A stretch of DNA of 64,000 nt, from contig JAIRJZ010000042.1 in NCBI GenBank assembly GCA_031260355.1, positions 2,855 to 66,854 of the forward strand, given 5' to 3'. The notes under the pieces were generated by a model. The model saw only the letters and a program-made list of their open reading frames with translations. It did no database searches and was not told the DNA's origin. This document shows, one piece after another, positions 37,740-49,435 of this stretch. Each line of letters begins with the position of its first letter. The stretch's first letter is position 1. A program made the position numbers and the translations under genes. Source of the stretch: Burkholderiales bacterium (GTDB lineage: Bacteria; Pseudomonadota; Gammaproteobacteria; Burkholderiales; Casimicrobiaceae).

Positions 37740-39800
37740 ATGAAAATGAAAACGGGTAGGTTTTTGCTTTGTCTTGGCATTGGCGCCGTATCGCTGCTGA
37801 ATGCCACGCTGGTGTTAGCGCAAACACCACGGGAAGATGAGGCAAAGAAGAACGAGCCGGTAATGGAGGTCGTTATCGTCACCGGATCGTCGGTAAAGTC
37901 GCACCCGGTCACGCCGCTCTTGAGCCGCTTCGGCACCCAGTACAACGTGGTTTCAGCGCAAGCGATCGAAAACCAGAATTCGCTGGATTTTTTATCGGCT
38001 CTGCGGGAAGTTCCCGGCGTTATTTTCAAAAGCCAGAACGCGGTAGGAAGCCAGGCCGGAACCGATCTCTACATCAGGGGTCGGGGCGCCAGCCATCCGA
38101 GTCCTGACATCACGGTTGAGTTCGATGGCGTGCCTCGCAGCGGCGTTTTGTATGGTCAGACGATGGCGGACGGCATTGCCGTGGGAACCATCGCAGGCAT
38201 AGAGATTTATCAGAATCCCCAGCCCATACGATTCGGCAGCGGGTATTCGCTGGTGAATGTTGAACCCAAAAGAATGATCTCCGAAGGGCAGATAGCGAAT
38301 ATCGGATTCAGCGGCGGTGTTTATTCAACGTTTTCCGAAAATATCAGTGCAGGACACAAGAAAGGGGCACTGGACATTTACGTTGCCCAGGATTGGACTT
38401 CGAGCCGGGGGAGCCGTGCCCATTCCCGCGGTCAGCAGGAAAGTTACTACGTCAACCTCGGCTATGCGCTTAACCAGCACTGGAATGTTCGCCTCCTGGG
38501 AAATTACGTAGAGGCGCAAACCTTGGCGCCGGGGCCGAACGAAAAGCCAAGCGCCGACAACGGGATCAGTTGGCCTCAGGCCGAACGTTTTGATACGGCA
38601 GCGACATTTTCGACGCTCACCCTGAATAACCGGTACCGTCAGGCGGAAGGGTATCTAAAGGCCTACTGGAACGATACCGACTTCGATATGTTGCAGGAAC
38701 TCAATAACGGTGAAAGGCATCCGGACGGCGGCAGATGGTCTCGTCAGCACCTGAAGCTTCACGGGGTTCGGGCCAAGGAGACACTCTGGCTGTGGCAAGG
38801 AGGAGAAATCATTTTGGGCGCCGATCTCGATCAAACCCGCTTGACCAATACACAGCGGGTGTATGGCACAGGGGCGCAAAGATTCTGGGGCTTCCCGGAT
38901 ACCACGCTGTTCTCGCCTTATCTGGGAATGAGCCAGTACTTCGGCAAAAACGATGCTTTCCATCTTATCCCTTCGGTGGGTATGCGGTATTACAACCACA
39001 ACGAGTTTTCGGATAAAACCGCCGCCCAAGCCGGTTTGATTGGCGGATATGGAAACACCGATCTGAACTTCAACTATTCGCGAGGCGTCAATTACCCGTC
39101 TCCTGTGGTTTTGCAGGGGCTTCTGGGACCAGGCGGGCCGGAAAATCCCGGACAGTATTGGAAAGACCTGACAGCAGAAGTCGTTGACCACGTTGAGTTA
39201 GGAATAACGCACCGCTGGGAGACGCTGGGAAGCGTCACTGCCACGGTATTTCATGATCGCGGCAAGAATCGGTTCAGAGCCTATTTCGGCGGGCCGATTC
39301 CCACAAGCTTCAACGATCCCATAGGTCGCTACACGATACGCGGGCTGGAATTGACAACCTCGCTACGCCCCCATGAGGGCTGGAATGTCTTTGCCGGTGC
39401 CACCTGGCTCGATGTCAAAGCGAAAGGAAGCGACGGCATCGAGCGCAGCGAAATGCCTTATACGCCGAGCTTTACTTTCAAGGCGGGAGCGCAATGGGAA
39501 ATCACCGAGTCCGACAAGTTGTATGTGGACATGCAGCACATACGAGGGCTGTACCAAGGAACCTCCGCGCGCTCCGGAGGGTTCAACTATCCTCCCCAAG
39601 ACGCCAGGAACAAGCTGGATAACATCACGCTTTTCAACCTGCGACTGAGTCGCCGAATTCAACAACCCGGCTGGCGTTTTGAGGACATGGAAGCTTTTCT
39701 GGCGATCAACAACCTCTTCAACCGGCCTTATGAATATGTAAAAGGGTATCCCCTGCCGGGAATCACGGCCATGATCGGCATTGATATAAAAATCAAATGA
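37740..39800 (+). CDS. TonB-dependent outer-membrane receptor
   Basis: Signal peptide, plug domain (VVIVTGS..., LREVPGV, YIRGRG, IEIYQNPQP) and a long beta-barrel. The C-terminus is unusual, ...IGIDIKIK, with no terminal aromatic residue. Confidence 0.85.
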   Translation: MKMKTGRFLLCLGIGAVSLLNATLVLAQTPREDEAKKNEPVMEVVIVTGSSVKSHPVTPLLSRFGTQYNVVSAQAIENQNSLDFLSALREVPGVIFKSQNAVGSQAGTDLYIRGRGASHPSPDITVEFDGVPRSGVLYGQTMADGIAVGTIAGIEIYQNPQPIRFGSGYSLVNVEPKRMISEGQIANIGFSGGVYSTFSENISAGHKKGALDIYVAQDWTSSRGSRAHSRGQQESYYVNLGYALNQHWNVRLLGNYVEAQTLAPGPNEKPSADNGISWPQAERFDTAATFSTLTLNNRYRQAEGYLKAYWNDTDFDMLQELNNGERHPDGGRWSRQHLKLHGVRAKETLWLWQGGEIILGADLDQTRLTNTQRVYGTGAQRFWGFPDTTLFSPYLGMSQYFGKNDAFHLIPSVGMRYYNHNEFSDKTAAQAGLIGGYGNTDLNFNYSRGVNYPSPVVLQGLLGPGGPENPGQYWKDLTAEVVDHVELGITHRWETLGSVTATVFHDRGKNRFRAYFGGPIPTSFNDPIGRYTIRGLELTTSLRPHEGWNVFAGATWLDVKAKGSDGIERSEMPYTPSFTFKAGAQWEITESDKLYVDMQHIRGLYQGTSARSGGFNYPPQDARNKLDNITLFNLRLSRRIQQPGWRFEDMEAFLAINNLFNRPYEYVKGYPLPGITAMIGIDIKIK

Positions 39801-39843
39801 AAACCGCTTGCGGCGATACACGGGCAACGCCACCCTAGGAACG

Positions 39844-39964
39844 CTCTGAACAACCTTGCTATCCCCCGCTTGTCATCCTGCGCGAAGTCGCAGGATCCAC
39901 GCGGCGTCTGGATTCTGCGACTTCGCTTCGCTACGCGCAGAATGACAGGAAGGGGTTTTCAGAG
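39844..39964 (+). mobile_element. 121-bp MITE-like element with terminal inverted repeats (ctctgaacaac...ggttttcagag) enclosing two REP hairpins
   Basis: A second copy lies in opposite orientation at 58727..58847, roughly 85-90% identical by eye. It has no coding capacity. Confidence 0.7.
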
Positions 39965-40279
39965 GCCCTTAGAAAAAATGGATATATCATACTGACCGCC
40001 AAAACAGCACCACCCGTCCCTCACCCGTTCCATCAAGACCGACTGTCATCGGGCTGAACGGTAAAGGAAGCGGTATGTTTTTGGCTTGCCCGGCGCACTT
40101 ATCCACAAACATCAGAGAAACCTTGCATTACCCTCAACCCACGCACGCTGCGCAGGCTTTATAATTCGTCTATCCGTGTTTTGGCTCCCTATCCGGAGAA
40201 CTTTGCCCATACCCTGACAGCGTGTCTGCGCTTGTCCGGTACGACGACCTTCTTCCTGTCAACCAAAGACTGTATTGCC

Positions 40280-42127
<1,848 letters not shown>

Positions 42128-42164
42128 TATATCGGTGACGGCTAAACAACAAAAATATTAACCG

Positions 42165-42203
42165 CAAAGGGCACAAAGATCTCAAAGATTTTTGTGCCCT
42201 TTG
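42165..42203 (+). terminator. Stem-loop terminator after pckG
   Basis: caaagggcacaaa-(loop)-tttgtgccctttg, a 12-13 bp stem with a short T tract. Confidence 0.6.
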
Positions 42204-42304
42204 TCCAAGCAAGCCTTGGTCAGGGGTTAAACACCCTGGTTGTCCTACTTGAATAAAACATCGTGTTATACTAAAATAGGACTTCTGATTGACAGGAGGC
42301 TCGC

Positions 42305-42556
42305 ATGCTTCAAACCCTGCGCAAAGCCGGTGGCTCACTCGTGATGACCGTACCCAAGGCGTTTATTGACCAAAACGGCCTGACCGAAGGCTCCCAGGTT
42401 GAACTTCTTCTCTCGGGCAAGAAGATGACCGTCGAGGCTCCATCTCGACCCCGTTACAAGCTGGCTGACCTGATGGCAGAAATGCCGGAAGGAATGCCGC
42501 GCGTCGAAGGGTGGGATGAAATGCCCTCAGTTGGACTGGAAAGGAAGTGCTGGTGA
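42305..42556 (+). CDS. mazE: Type II antitoxin, MazE/PemI (AbrB/SpoVT fold)
   Basis: MLQTLRKAGGSLVMTVPKAFIDQNGLTEGSQVELLLSGKKMTV with an acidic C-terminal tail. The stop overlaps the toxin ATG (TGATG). Confidence 0.8.
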   Translation: MLQTLRKAGGSLVMTVPKAFIDQNGLTEGSQVELLLSGKKMTVEAPSRPRYKLADLMAEMPEGMPRVEGWDEMPSVGLERKCW

Positions 42557-42903
42557 TGGCATACCTGCCGAACCGTGGCGACATCGTACATCTCGATTTC
42601 GACCCGTCCTCCGGTCGGGAGATGAAAGGCTCGCACTTCGGTCTTGCCATCAGCAGCAAGGTTTTCAACCAGCAAGGGCTGGCGGTGATTTGTCCGATTT
42701 CACAGGGGGCTGCCGCTGCTGCTCGTACCTACGGGACGGTAGTTACGCTGATGGGGACAGGCACCGACACCCAAGGCGCTGTTCATTGCCACCAGTTGAA
42801 ATCGCTGGATTGGCGTGCGCGGAATGCGCGCCTGAAAGAGACCGTGCCGCAGCACATCGTCGATGAAGTCTTGGCCAGGATCGAGTCCATCCTGTTTGAG
42901 TGA
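42556..42903 (+). CDS. mazF: Type II toxin, MazF/PemK/ChpB-family endoribonuclease
   Basis: MAYLPNRGDIVHLDFDPSSGREMKGSHFGLAIS...VICPISQG...HQLKSLDWRARNA parallels MazF/ChpB. Confidence 0.85.
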   Translation: MAYLPNRGDIVHLDFDPSSGREMKGSHFGLAISSKVFNQQGLAVICPISQGAAAAARTYGTVVTLMGTGTDTQGAVHCHQLKSLDWRARNARLKETVPQHIVDEVLARIESILFE

Positions 42904-43063
42904 ATGTGCATCAATTTCCAGTCAGACCAGTTGAACAAGCTTTCCACGAAAATATTCCGGACAGCAGTCCGCAAAGCAGAAATCCATCGCGTGGTATAAG
43001 AAAAACGCTGCGACTTTTGAATTCCCGAACTCTGCGTTTTGCTTATCCAGGCTTGCTTCAATG

Positions 43064-43693
43064 TCAATACGGCCTACTATATGCTTCTGCAGGATAACGA
43101 ACAATGTATTCCAAAAAATCTTTTCCTAGCGAGGTAATTACACAATAATTATTTTTCTCCATCTCTATCAATCCATTCCTAACAAGGAAACCAAGATAAA
43201 GTTCATACGGATAATTACTCGCCCCCCCCTTGCTAAGGTGCTCTTGATAAAATGCTTTAAGATCAGTTTTACTGCTACCCTGCACTTGCCGCGACAACCA
43301 TCTCAAAAGATTTGTTTGTGACCCGTAAATAAGCCGGAATATCATCTCAAAATATACATCCCTTTTTAACCGTTGATTCTCCTCCGTTAATCGCTGAATC
43401 CCCCCCGAATCATCAGATCCTCTGGACGCTTCACTTTCTCCAGCATTAGCAGATTTGATCTCAGTTGACCCAAGATCCATAGAAAAATTAACAGCCGTTT
43501 GCGTTTGCGCCTGAAAATTAACCCCCTCTTTGCTAATTTGGGAAATCTGATGCTTAGACACAAAGTCCCCAATTCCCTTTCGAGATTTCCAGACAAAAGA
43601 ACCGATTAAAACCACAGCTAATGTCGGCCAAGAAGAAAGAATAACCTTCAAATACTCTAACGCCATCGCCCAATCGAAAGAACACTCCATCAT
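43064..43693 (-). CDS. Hypothetical protein (N-terminal TM helix, low-complexity linker, winged-helix-like C-terminus)
   Basis: Strongly AT-rich ORF. Tandem ATGATG start codons overlap the alaS TGA. I recognise no family. Confidence 0.5.
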   Translation of the reverse strand: MMECSFDWAMALEYLKVILSSWPTLAVVLIGSFVWKSRKGIGDFVSKHQISQISKEGVNFQAQTQTAVNFSMDLGSTEIKSANAGESEASRGSDDSGGIQRLTEENQRLKRDVYFEMIFRLIYGSQTNLLRWLSRQVQGSSKTDLKAFYQEHLSKGGASNYPYELYLGFLVRNGLIEMEKNNYCVITSLGKDFLEYIVRYPAEAYSRPY

Positions 43694-46353
43694 CGTTTCT
43701 CCTTGACCCAATCCAAAACGCTCCCCAACGCCCCGGCCAGCCCCTCCGGCTGCGTACCGCCCGCCTGCGCCATGTCGGGACGGCCGCCGCCTTTGCCGCC
43801 GACCTGTTGTGCGACGAAGTTGACGAGTTCGCCCGCCTTGATTTTGCCCATCACGTCGGCGGTAACGCCCGCGATGAGGCTTACCTTACCGTCACGAACA
43901 GTCGCCAGCACGATAACGGCGGATTTGAGTTTGTCTTTCAGTTTGTCGAGCGTTTCGCGCAAGGTCGCGGGGTCGATGTCTTCCAGCGTAGCGACAAGAA
44001 GCTTGGCGCCGCCGTCGATTGCAATCGCCTGTCCGGCAAGGTCATCGATCCGGCTTCCCGCAAGTTTCGACTTGAGGCGGGCGACTTCCTTTTCGAGGGC
44101 TTTCATCTGTTCGGTCAAGTGCGCGACCCGCACGTCCAGTTCTGTCGGCGCCACTTTCAGTTCTCCGGCGGCGCGCTGCAAAATCTGCTCGCGGTCATTG
44201 AGGTATTCGATCACGCCTTCACCGGCCACCGCCTCAATGCGCCGGATGCCCGCCGCCACGCCGCCCTCGGCAACGATCTTGAACAAACCGATATCTCCCG
44301 TGCGCGTAACGTGCGTGCCGCCGCACAATTCGCACGACGAGCCAATGTTGAGCACGCGCACCGTGTCGCCGTATTTCTCGCCGAAAAGCGCCATCGCACC
44401 GGCTTTTTGAGCATCGTCGAACGACATTGTCCGCGCTTGTGTTGACACATTCGCCAAAATCTCTTCATTGACTTTGGCTTCCACCCGCGCCATCTCTTCG
44501 GCAGTGACCGGCGAGAAATGCGAGAAGTCGAAACGTGTCCGTTCGGCGTTGACCAGCGATCCCTTTTGCTGCACATGCGTACCGAGCACTTCCCGCAGCG
44601 CCTTGTGCATCAAATGCGTCGCCGAGTGGTTGCGCACCGTCCGCGTCCGCGCGACGCGATCAACTGCCGTTTGAATGGTGTCGCCGACGTTCAATACACC
44701 TTTCGTGACTTCGCCGATATGACCGAACACGTCGGGTTGAATTTTCTGCGTGTCCCGCACTAAAAATGAAGCCGTGTCGTCGCCAAGCTTTCCGCTGATT
44801 TTGCCACTGATTTTTCCAACGTCGCCGACCTGTCCGCCCGACTCGGCGTAGAACGGCGTCCGGTCGAGCACCACGACGCCACACTCGCCTTCGTTCAGAG
44901 ATACCACGCTGACGCCGTCGTTGTACAGCGCCAGGATCTTCGCCGCGTCCTCCAGCCGTTCATAACCTTCGAATGCCGTCTTCGGCCCTTGGTAAACCAG
45001 CGACTCGCCAACCTTGAACTGACTCGCCATCCGCGCCCGTTCGCGCTGCGCCTGCATCGCCTTGTCGAAGCCATCTTCATCAACCGCCACGCCGCGTTCG
45101 CGGCAAACATCCGAGGTCAAATCGAGCGGGAAACCGAAGGTGTCGTACAGCGTGAACGCCGTTTCGCCGTCGAGCGTGTTATCACGAGCGGCGCCGTTTT
45201 CGCGCACACGTTTCAGCGCCTCGTCGAGCAGCTTCATCCCGTTGTCGATGGTTTCTCCGAAGCGCTGCTCTTCCGTTTGCAGCACCTGCGCTATCCGCGT
45301 TTGCTCGCGCACCAGTTCCGGATAAGCCTCGCCCATCGCTTTCGCCAGTGTCTCCACCAGCGTATAGAAAAACGGTTTCTTCTGTCCCAGCTTGTAGCCG
45401 TGCCGGATCGCGCGGCGAATGATGCGGCGCAACACATAACCGCGCCCTTCGCTGCCGGGAATCACGCCGTCAACAATCAGGAAAGTGCAGGCGCGGATGT
45501 GATCGGCGATGACCCGCAGCGACGGCGAATCCTTGTCCTTGCACCCCGTCGCTTTCATCGCCGCCGCGATCAACGACTGAAACAAATCAATATCGTAGTT
45601 GGAATGCACATGCTGCAACACCGCCGCTAAACGCTCCAACCCCATGCCGGTATCGACGCACGGCGCGGGCAACGGCGTCAGCACACCCTGCGCGTCGCGG
45701 CTGAATTGCATGAACACCAGATTCCAGATTTCGATGTAGCGGTCGCCTTCGGCGTCGGGCGATCCCGGCGGCCCACCAGCGATGCCCTGCCCATGGTCGT
45801 AGAAAATCTCCGAGCACGGGCCGCACGGGCCGACATCAGCCATCTGCCAGAAATTGTCGCTGGCGTATTGGGCGCCCTTGTTGTCGCCGATACGAATGAG
45901 ACGGTCTTTCGGAATCTTGATCTCGTTCGCCCAGATGTCGTAAGCTTCGTCGTCGTCGATGTACACCGTCGCCCACAGTTTTTCCGGCGGCAATTGATAG
46001 ACTTTCGTCAACAGTTCCCACGCGAAAACAATCGCGTCGCGTTTGAAATAATCGCCAAAACTGAAATTGCCGAGCATCTCGAAAAACGTGTGGTGCCGCG
46101 CCGTATAACCGACGTTTTCCAGGTCGTTGTGCTTGCCGCCAGCGCGCACGCAACGCTGCGAAGTAACTGCGCGTTGATATGGCCGCTGATCGAGCCCCAG
46201 AAACACATCCTTGAATTGCACCATTCCGGCATTGGTGAACAACAGCGTCGGGTCGTTGGCTGGCACCAACGGCGAGCTGGTCACGGCGGTATGTCCGTTG
46301 GCGACGAAATAATCAATGAATTGACGGCGGATTTCGGAGACGTTCATGGTCAA
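43690..46353 (-). CDS. alaS: Alanine--tRNA ligase
   Basis: [21 protein letters not shown]..., class II motifs, editing-domain HSATHLMH, and C-Ala domain. Confidence 0.95.
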   Translation of the reverse strand: MTMNVSEIRRQFIDYFVANGHTAVTSSPLVPANDPTLLFTNAGMVQFKDVFLGLDQRPYQRAVTSQRCVRAGGKHNDLENVGYTARHHTFFEMLGNFSFGDYFKRDAIVFAWELLTKVYQLPPEKLWATVYIDDDEAYDIWANEIKIPKDRLIRIGDNKGAQYASDNFWQMADVGPCGPCSEIFYDHGQGIAGGPPGSPDAEGDRYIEIWNLVFMQFSRDAQGVLTPLPAPCVDTGMGLERLAAVLQHVHSNYDIDLFQSLIAAAMKATGCKDKDSPSLRVIADHIRACTFLIVDGVIPGSEGRGYVLRRIIRRAIRHGYKLGQKKPFFYTLVETLAKAMGEAYPELVREQTRIAQVLQTEEQRFGETIDNGMKLLDEALKRVRENGAARDNTLDGETAFTLYDTFGFPLDLTSDVCRERGVAVDEDGFDKAMQAQRERARMASQFKVGESLVYQGPKTAFEGYERLEDAAKILALYNDGVSVVSLNEGECGVVVLDRTPFYAESGGQVGDVGKISGKISGKLGDDTASFLVRDTQKIQPDVFGHIGEVTKGVLNVGDTIQTAVDRVARTRTVRNHSATHLMHKALREVLGTHVQQKGSLVNAERTRFDFSHFSPVTAEEMARVEAKVNEEILANVSTQARTMSFDDAQKAGAMALFGEKYGDTVRVLNIGSSCELCGGTHVTRTGDIGLFKIVAEGGVAAGIRRIEAVAGEGVIEYLNDREQILQRAAGELKVAPTELDVRVAHLTEQMKALEKEVARLKSKLAGSRIDDLAGQAIAIDGGAKLLVATLEDIDPATLRETLDKLKDKLKSAVIVLATVRDGKVSLIAGVTADVMGKIKAGELVNFVAQQVGGKGGGRPDMAQAGGTQPEGLAGALGSVLDWVKEKR

Positions 46354-46453
46354 CCTGTTATGTTATTAGGATAGCGCGACGCGCAAAAAGCGCATTGTAG
46401 CCGAGCTTTGCGGCTATTCTACGCCGCTGCCGTGGTGTTTCGGTCGTTGCCCT

Positions 46454-47503
46454 TCAGGGACAGACTTCCGCCTGCACCGCCCCTTCACGCAATGCCCCGA
46501 TCACCGCCGCCGCTTCAAATCCCGCTTCGCGGAACAGGCGCAGCACGTCGTCCCCGGCTTCCGGCGCGCACGACACCAGCAAACCGCCGCTGGTCTGCGG
46601 ATCGGTCAGCAAAGCCTGCTGCCAGGGCGCGATACCAGCAGCCAACCGCACGTTCTGGCCGTACGACGCCCAGTTGCGCGCCGACGCGCCGGTAACCACG
46701 CCTTCGCGGGCAAACGCCGCGGCTTCGCCGATCAGCGGCAATTGCCCGAACGACAACTGCGCGCCGCATCCCGATCCCCGACAAATCTCCAGCAAATGGC
46801 CGAGCAGACCGAAGCCGGTCACGTCGGTCATCGCGTGAACGCCGTCGTGCAGCGCCAACGCCACCCCGACGCGGTTCAGTTGCGTCGTAGTGCGCATCAT
46901 CGTGGCGTACCCCGCCGCGTCGAGTTTCCCCTTCTTCAGCGCCGCGCTCAAAACGCCGATGCCGAGCGGCTTGCCGAGAATCAGCGCATCTCCCGGCTGG
47001 CCGGCGGCATTGCGCCGAACCCGATCCGGATGGACAAGCCCCAGCGCCACCAGCCCGTAAATCGGCTCAACGCTGTCGATCGAATGGCCGCCGGCCAGCG
47101 GAATCCCGGCCTCGCGGCACATGCTGCTACCGCCTTCGAGAATGCGACCGATCACTGACAGCGGCAGTTTGTCGATCGGCATCCCGACGATGGCCAGCGC
47201 CAGGATCGGCTGCGCCCCCATCGCGTACACATCGGACAGCGCGTTGGTGGCGGCGATACGTCCGAAATCGTACGGGTCATCGACGATCGGCATGAAAAAA
47301 TCGGTCGTCGCCACCAGCGCCTGCTGATCGTTCAGCCGGTACACCGCCGCATCGTCGCTGGTCTCCGTACCGACCAGAAGCTCGGGCGGCACGATTCCCG
47401 GCAGCGTCGTCGAAAGCATTTCCGCCAGTACGCCGGGAGCAATTTTGCAGCCGCAGCCGCCGCCATGGGAGAATTGTGTCAACGGGATTGTTTCTGTTGT
47501 CAT
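46454..47503 (-). CDS. selD: Selenide, water dikinase (Cys form)
   Basis: MTTETIPLTQFSHGGGCGCKIAPGVL. The ORF extends upstream, but the ATG at 47503 gives the canonical N-terminus. Confidence 0.92.
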   Translation of the reverse strand: MTTETIPLTQFSHGGGCGCKIAPGVLAEMLSTTLPGIVPPELLVGTETSDDAAVYRLNDQQALVATTDFFMPIVDDPYDFGRIAATNALSDVYAMGAQPILALAIVGMPIDKLPLSVIGRILEGGSSMCREAGIPLAGGHSIDSVEPIYGLVALGLVHPDRVRRNAAGQPGDALILGKPLGIGVLSAALKKGKLDAAGYATMMRTTTQLNRVGVALALHDGVHAMTDVTGFGLLGHLLEICRGSGCGAQLSFGQLPLIGEAAAFAREGVVTGASARNWASYGQNVRLAAGIAPWQQALLTDPQTSGGLLVSCAPEAGDDVLRLFREAGFEAAAVIGALREGAVQAEVCP

Positions 47504-47614
47504 TGTGTTATTCTTTCTTCGTCTTGCCGAATGCCGGATTAGCATAACATGCGTGCGCAACAAGTCTGTCACTTTGCGTTGCCGATAACCTTCATCGACT
47601 GAGAAATCGCGGCC

Positions 47615-48406
47615 GTGATCAAGTCTCCCAAACTGGAAGTGCATGGACGTTTCTGGGTCGAACGCGGTCATCATGCCTTTATCGGCCGTGGCCGCATTGA
47701 TCTCCTCGAAAAAATCAACGCCAGCCACTCGATTGCCGAAGCAGCGCGGCAACTCGGCATGAGCTACAAAACCGCCTGGGACATGATCAGCGCCATGAAC
47801 AATCTCGCCGACCATCCGCTGGTGGTGCGCGTCAAAGGTGGCCGCCAGGGCGGCGGCACGGTACTGACCGAATACGGGCAACAAGTGATCGTCAATTATC
47901 GCGCGATGGAACAAGAATACGGCGCGATGCTGACGGCGCTTGAACGGCGTTATCCGCATTTCGGCCAGTTGCAGGCGCTCGACCGCCGCTTGCAGTTACG
48001 CACCAGCGCCCGCAACCAACTCGCCGCCACCGTCCGCGAACTCCATACGCACGGCAGGCGCGTCATCATCGAACTCGATCTCGGCGGCGAAACCTTTTTG
48101 CAAGCGCAGTTGACGCGCGCCAGCGTTGACGCGCTCGAACTGCGTCCCGGTCGTCCAGTCGTTGCCTTGATCAAGGCGCCCGTGATCGCTTTGAGCGCCG
48201 GCCCCGATACCGAAATGCAAACGCTGCGCGGAACCGTCAGCCACATCGAAACCGATGACGGAGGCCATGCCGAAATCACCTTGGCGTTGCCCAGCGGTCA
48301 CCATCTGGTCATCGCGCTCGACCATGCCGCCGAATGCCCGCCGCTGGAAGCGGAAGCGTTTGCGGTCATCGATCCGCGGCAGGTGATTGTGGCGGTGACG
48401 GATTAG
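47615..48406 (+). CDS. modE: Molybdate-responsive transcriptional regulator ModE (wHTH + two TOBE/Mop domains)
   Basis: GRIDLLEKINASHSIAEAARQLGMSYKTAWDMISAMNN...GGRQGGGTVLTEYG, with a tandem Mop region. GTG start. Confidence 0.88.
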   Translation: MIKSPKLEVHGRFWVERGHHAFIGRGRIDLLEKINASHSIAEAARQLGMSYKTAWDMISAMNNLADHPLVVRVKGGRQGGGTVLTEYGQQVIVNYRAMEQEYGAMLTALERRYPHFGQLQALDRRLQLRTSARNQLAATVRELHTHGRRVIIELDLGGETFLQAQLTRASVDALELRPGRPVVALIKAPVIALSAGPDTEMQTLRGTVSHIETDDGGHAEITLALPSGHHLVIALDHAAECPPLEAEAFAVIDPRQVIVAVTD

Positions 48407-48452
48407 AGAGGTTTTGGTTTCGTCGTGCACAGCACGAGCAAACGGGAATTCT

Positions 48453-48548
48453 CCTGGATCCCCGCTTGCGCGGGGATGACGCTCAGCGAGAGATCGAGCC
48501 ACAAGCGTTGTATTTTTCTCCGTCATTCCTGCGAAAGCAGGAATCCAG
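48453..48548. repeat. Inverted REP doublet (48453..48481 minus-oriented variant; 48522..48548 plus-oriented variant)
   Basis: cctggatccccgcttgcgcggggatgacg ... gtcattcctgcgaaagcaggaatccag. The flanks are the same but the stems differ. Confidence 0.8.
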
Positions 48549-48589
48549 TTGTATCAAACATTCTATCTTTGTCGCTTTTACACTTGCTT

Positions 48590-49360
48590 TCAAGTTGCCT
48601 TGTTGAAAACACCGCTGCACGCTTCAAAAATACTCGCCCAAGCCTGTGTTTCACCCTCATGCCGACACATCTCCCGGCACGGCAGCACCTTGGCGATGGT
48701 GCCGTATTGATAAACAACCAGCGTATCGGCAAACGCACGAACATCTTTCAAGTCGTGGGTGATGAGAACGATTGGCACGTTGAAGCGCGCTTGAATCGCC
48801 GCCAGTTCTTCGCGCATTTTGTCGCGCAACAAAAAATCCATCGCCGAGAACGGCTCGTCGAGCAGGATCACTTCCGGCTCGTGCAATAACGCCCGCGCCA
48901 GCGCCACCCGCTGCCGCTGACCGCCGGACAATTCGCTCGGCAAATTGTTCGCCAGCGCCGCCACGCCGAAGACATCGAGCATGTGCAGGATGCGTTCACG
49001 CGTCTCATGACCCAGAGGCCGCGGCCATTGGCGCAGCGCGTAACCGGCGTTCTCGAATACCGTCAAGTGCGGAAAGAGCGCGTAATCCTGAAAGACGTAA
49101 CCGATCCGCCGCGCGCGCGCCGGCAACGAAATTCCCGCCGCGCTGTCGAACAACGTCCGCCCGCCCAACCGGATATGTCCGCGCGTCGGCTGGATCAGTC
49201 CGGCGATGGCCTGCAAGGTCACGCTCTTGCCGGAACCGGACGGCCCAAAAAATACCACCCTGTCTTCCGCCGAATCGAAACGCGCATGCAACGAAAATTC
49301 ACGCGCTTTTCGTCGTTGCCTGGTTTTGAGCGTCAATTCGATGTCAACGGACAACTGCAT
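48590..49360 (-). CDS. modC: Molybdate ABC transporter ATP-binding protein (short form, no TOBE domain)
   Basis: Walker A GPSGSGKS, RRIGYVFQDYALFPHLTV, LSGGQRQRVALARAL. 256 aa. Confidence 0.8.
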   Translation of the reverse strand: MQLSVDIELTLKTRQRRKAREFSLHARFDSAEDRVVFFGPSGSGKSVTLQAIAGLIQPTRGHIRLGGRTLFDSAAGISLPARARRIGYVFQDYALFPHLTVFENAGYALRQWPRPLGHETRERILHMLDVFGVAALANNLPSELSGGQRQRVALARALLHEPEVILLDEPFSAMDFLLRDKMREELAAIQARFNVPIVLITHDLKDVRAFADTLVVYQYGTIAKVLPCREMCRHEGETQAWASIFEACSGVFNKAT

Positions 49361-49435
49361 GGTGTTTTTCTTTGGTTTCTTTATTCAGCGCGGCTTGAAT
49401 GGGTGCATTTCTGCAAGGCCGCACCGCGCTTTGTT

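Noticed and set aside
44770-44830. A tandem [10 protein letters not shown] duplication within AlaS (ggaaaaatcagt ggcaaaatcagc).
   Set aside because: It is an in-frame 12-bp duplication in a variable linker region of a clearly intact alaS. The two copies have already diverged at synonymous positions, so it is probably a neutral indel.
47440-47503. A possible selenocysteine (TGA) codon in the selD active-site loop.
   Set aside because: The loop reads SHGGGCGCKI with ordinary Cys codons and no in-frame TGA, so this is the Cys-type SelD.
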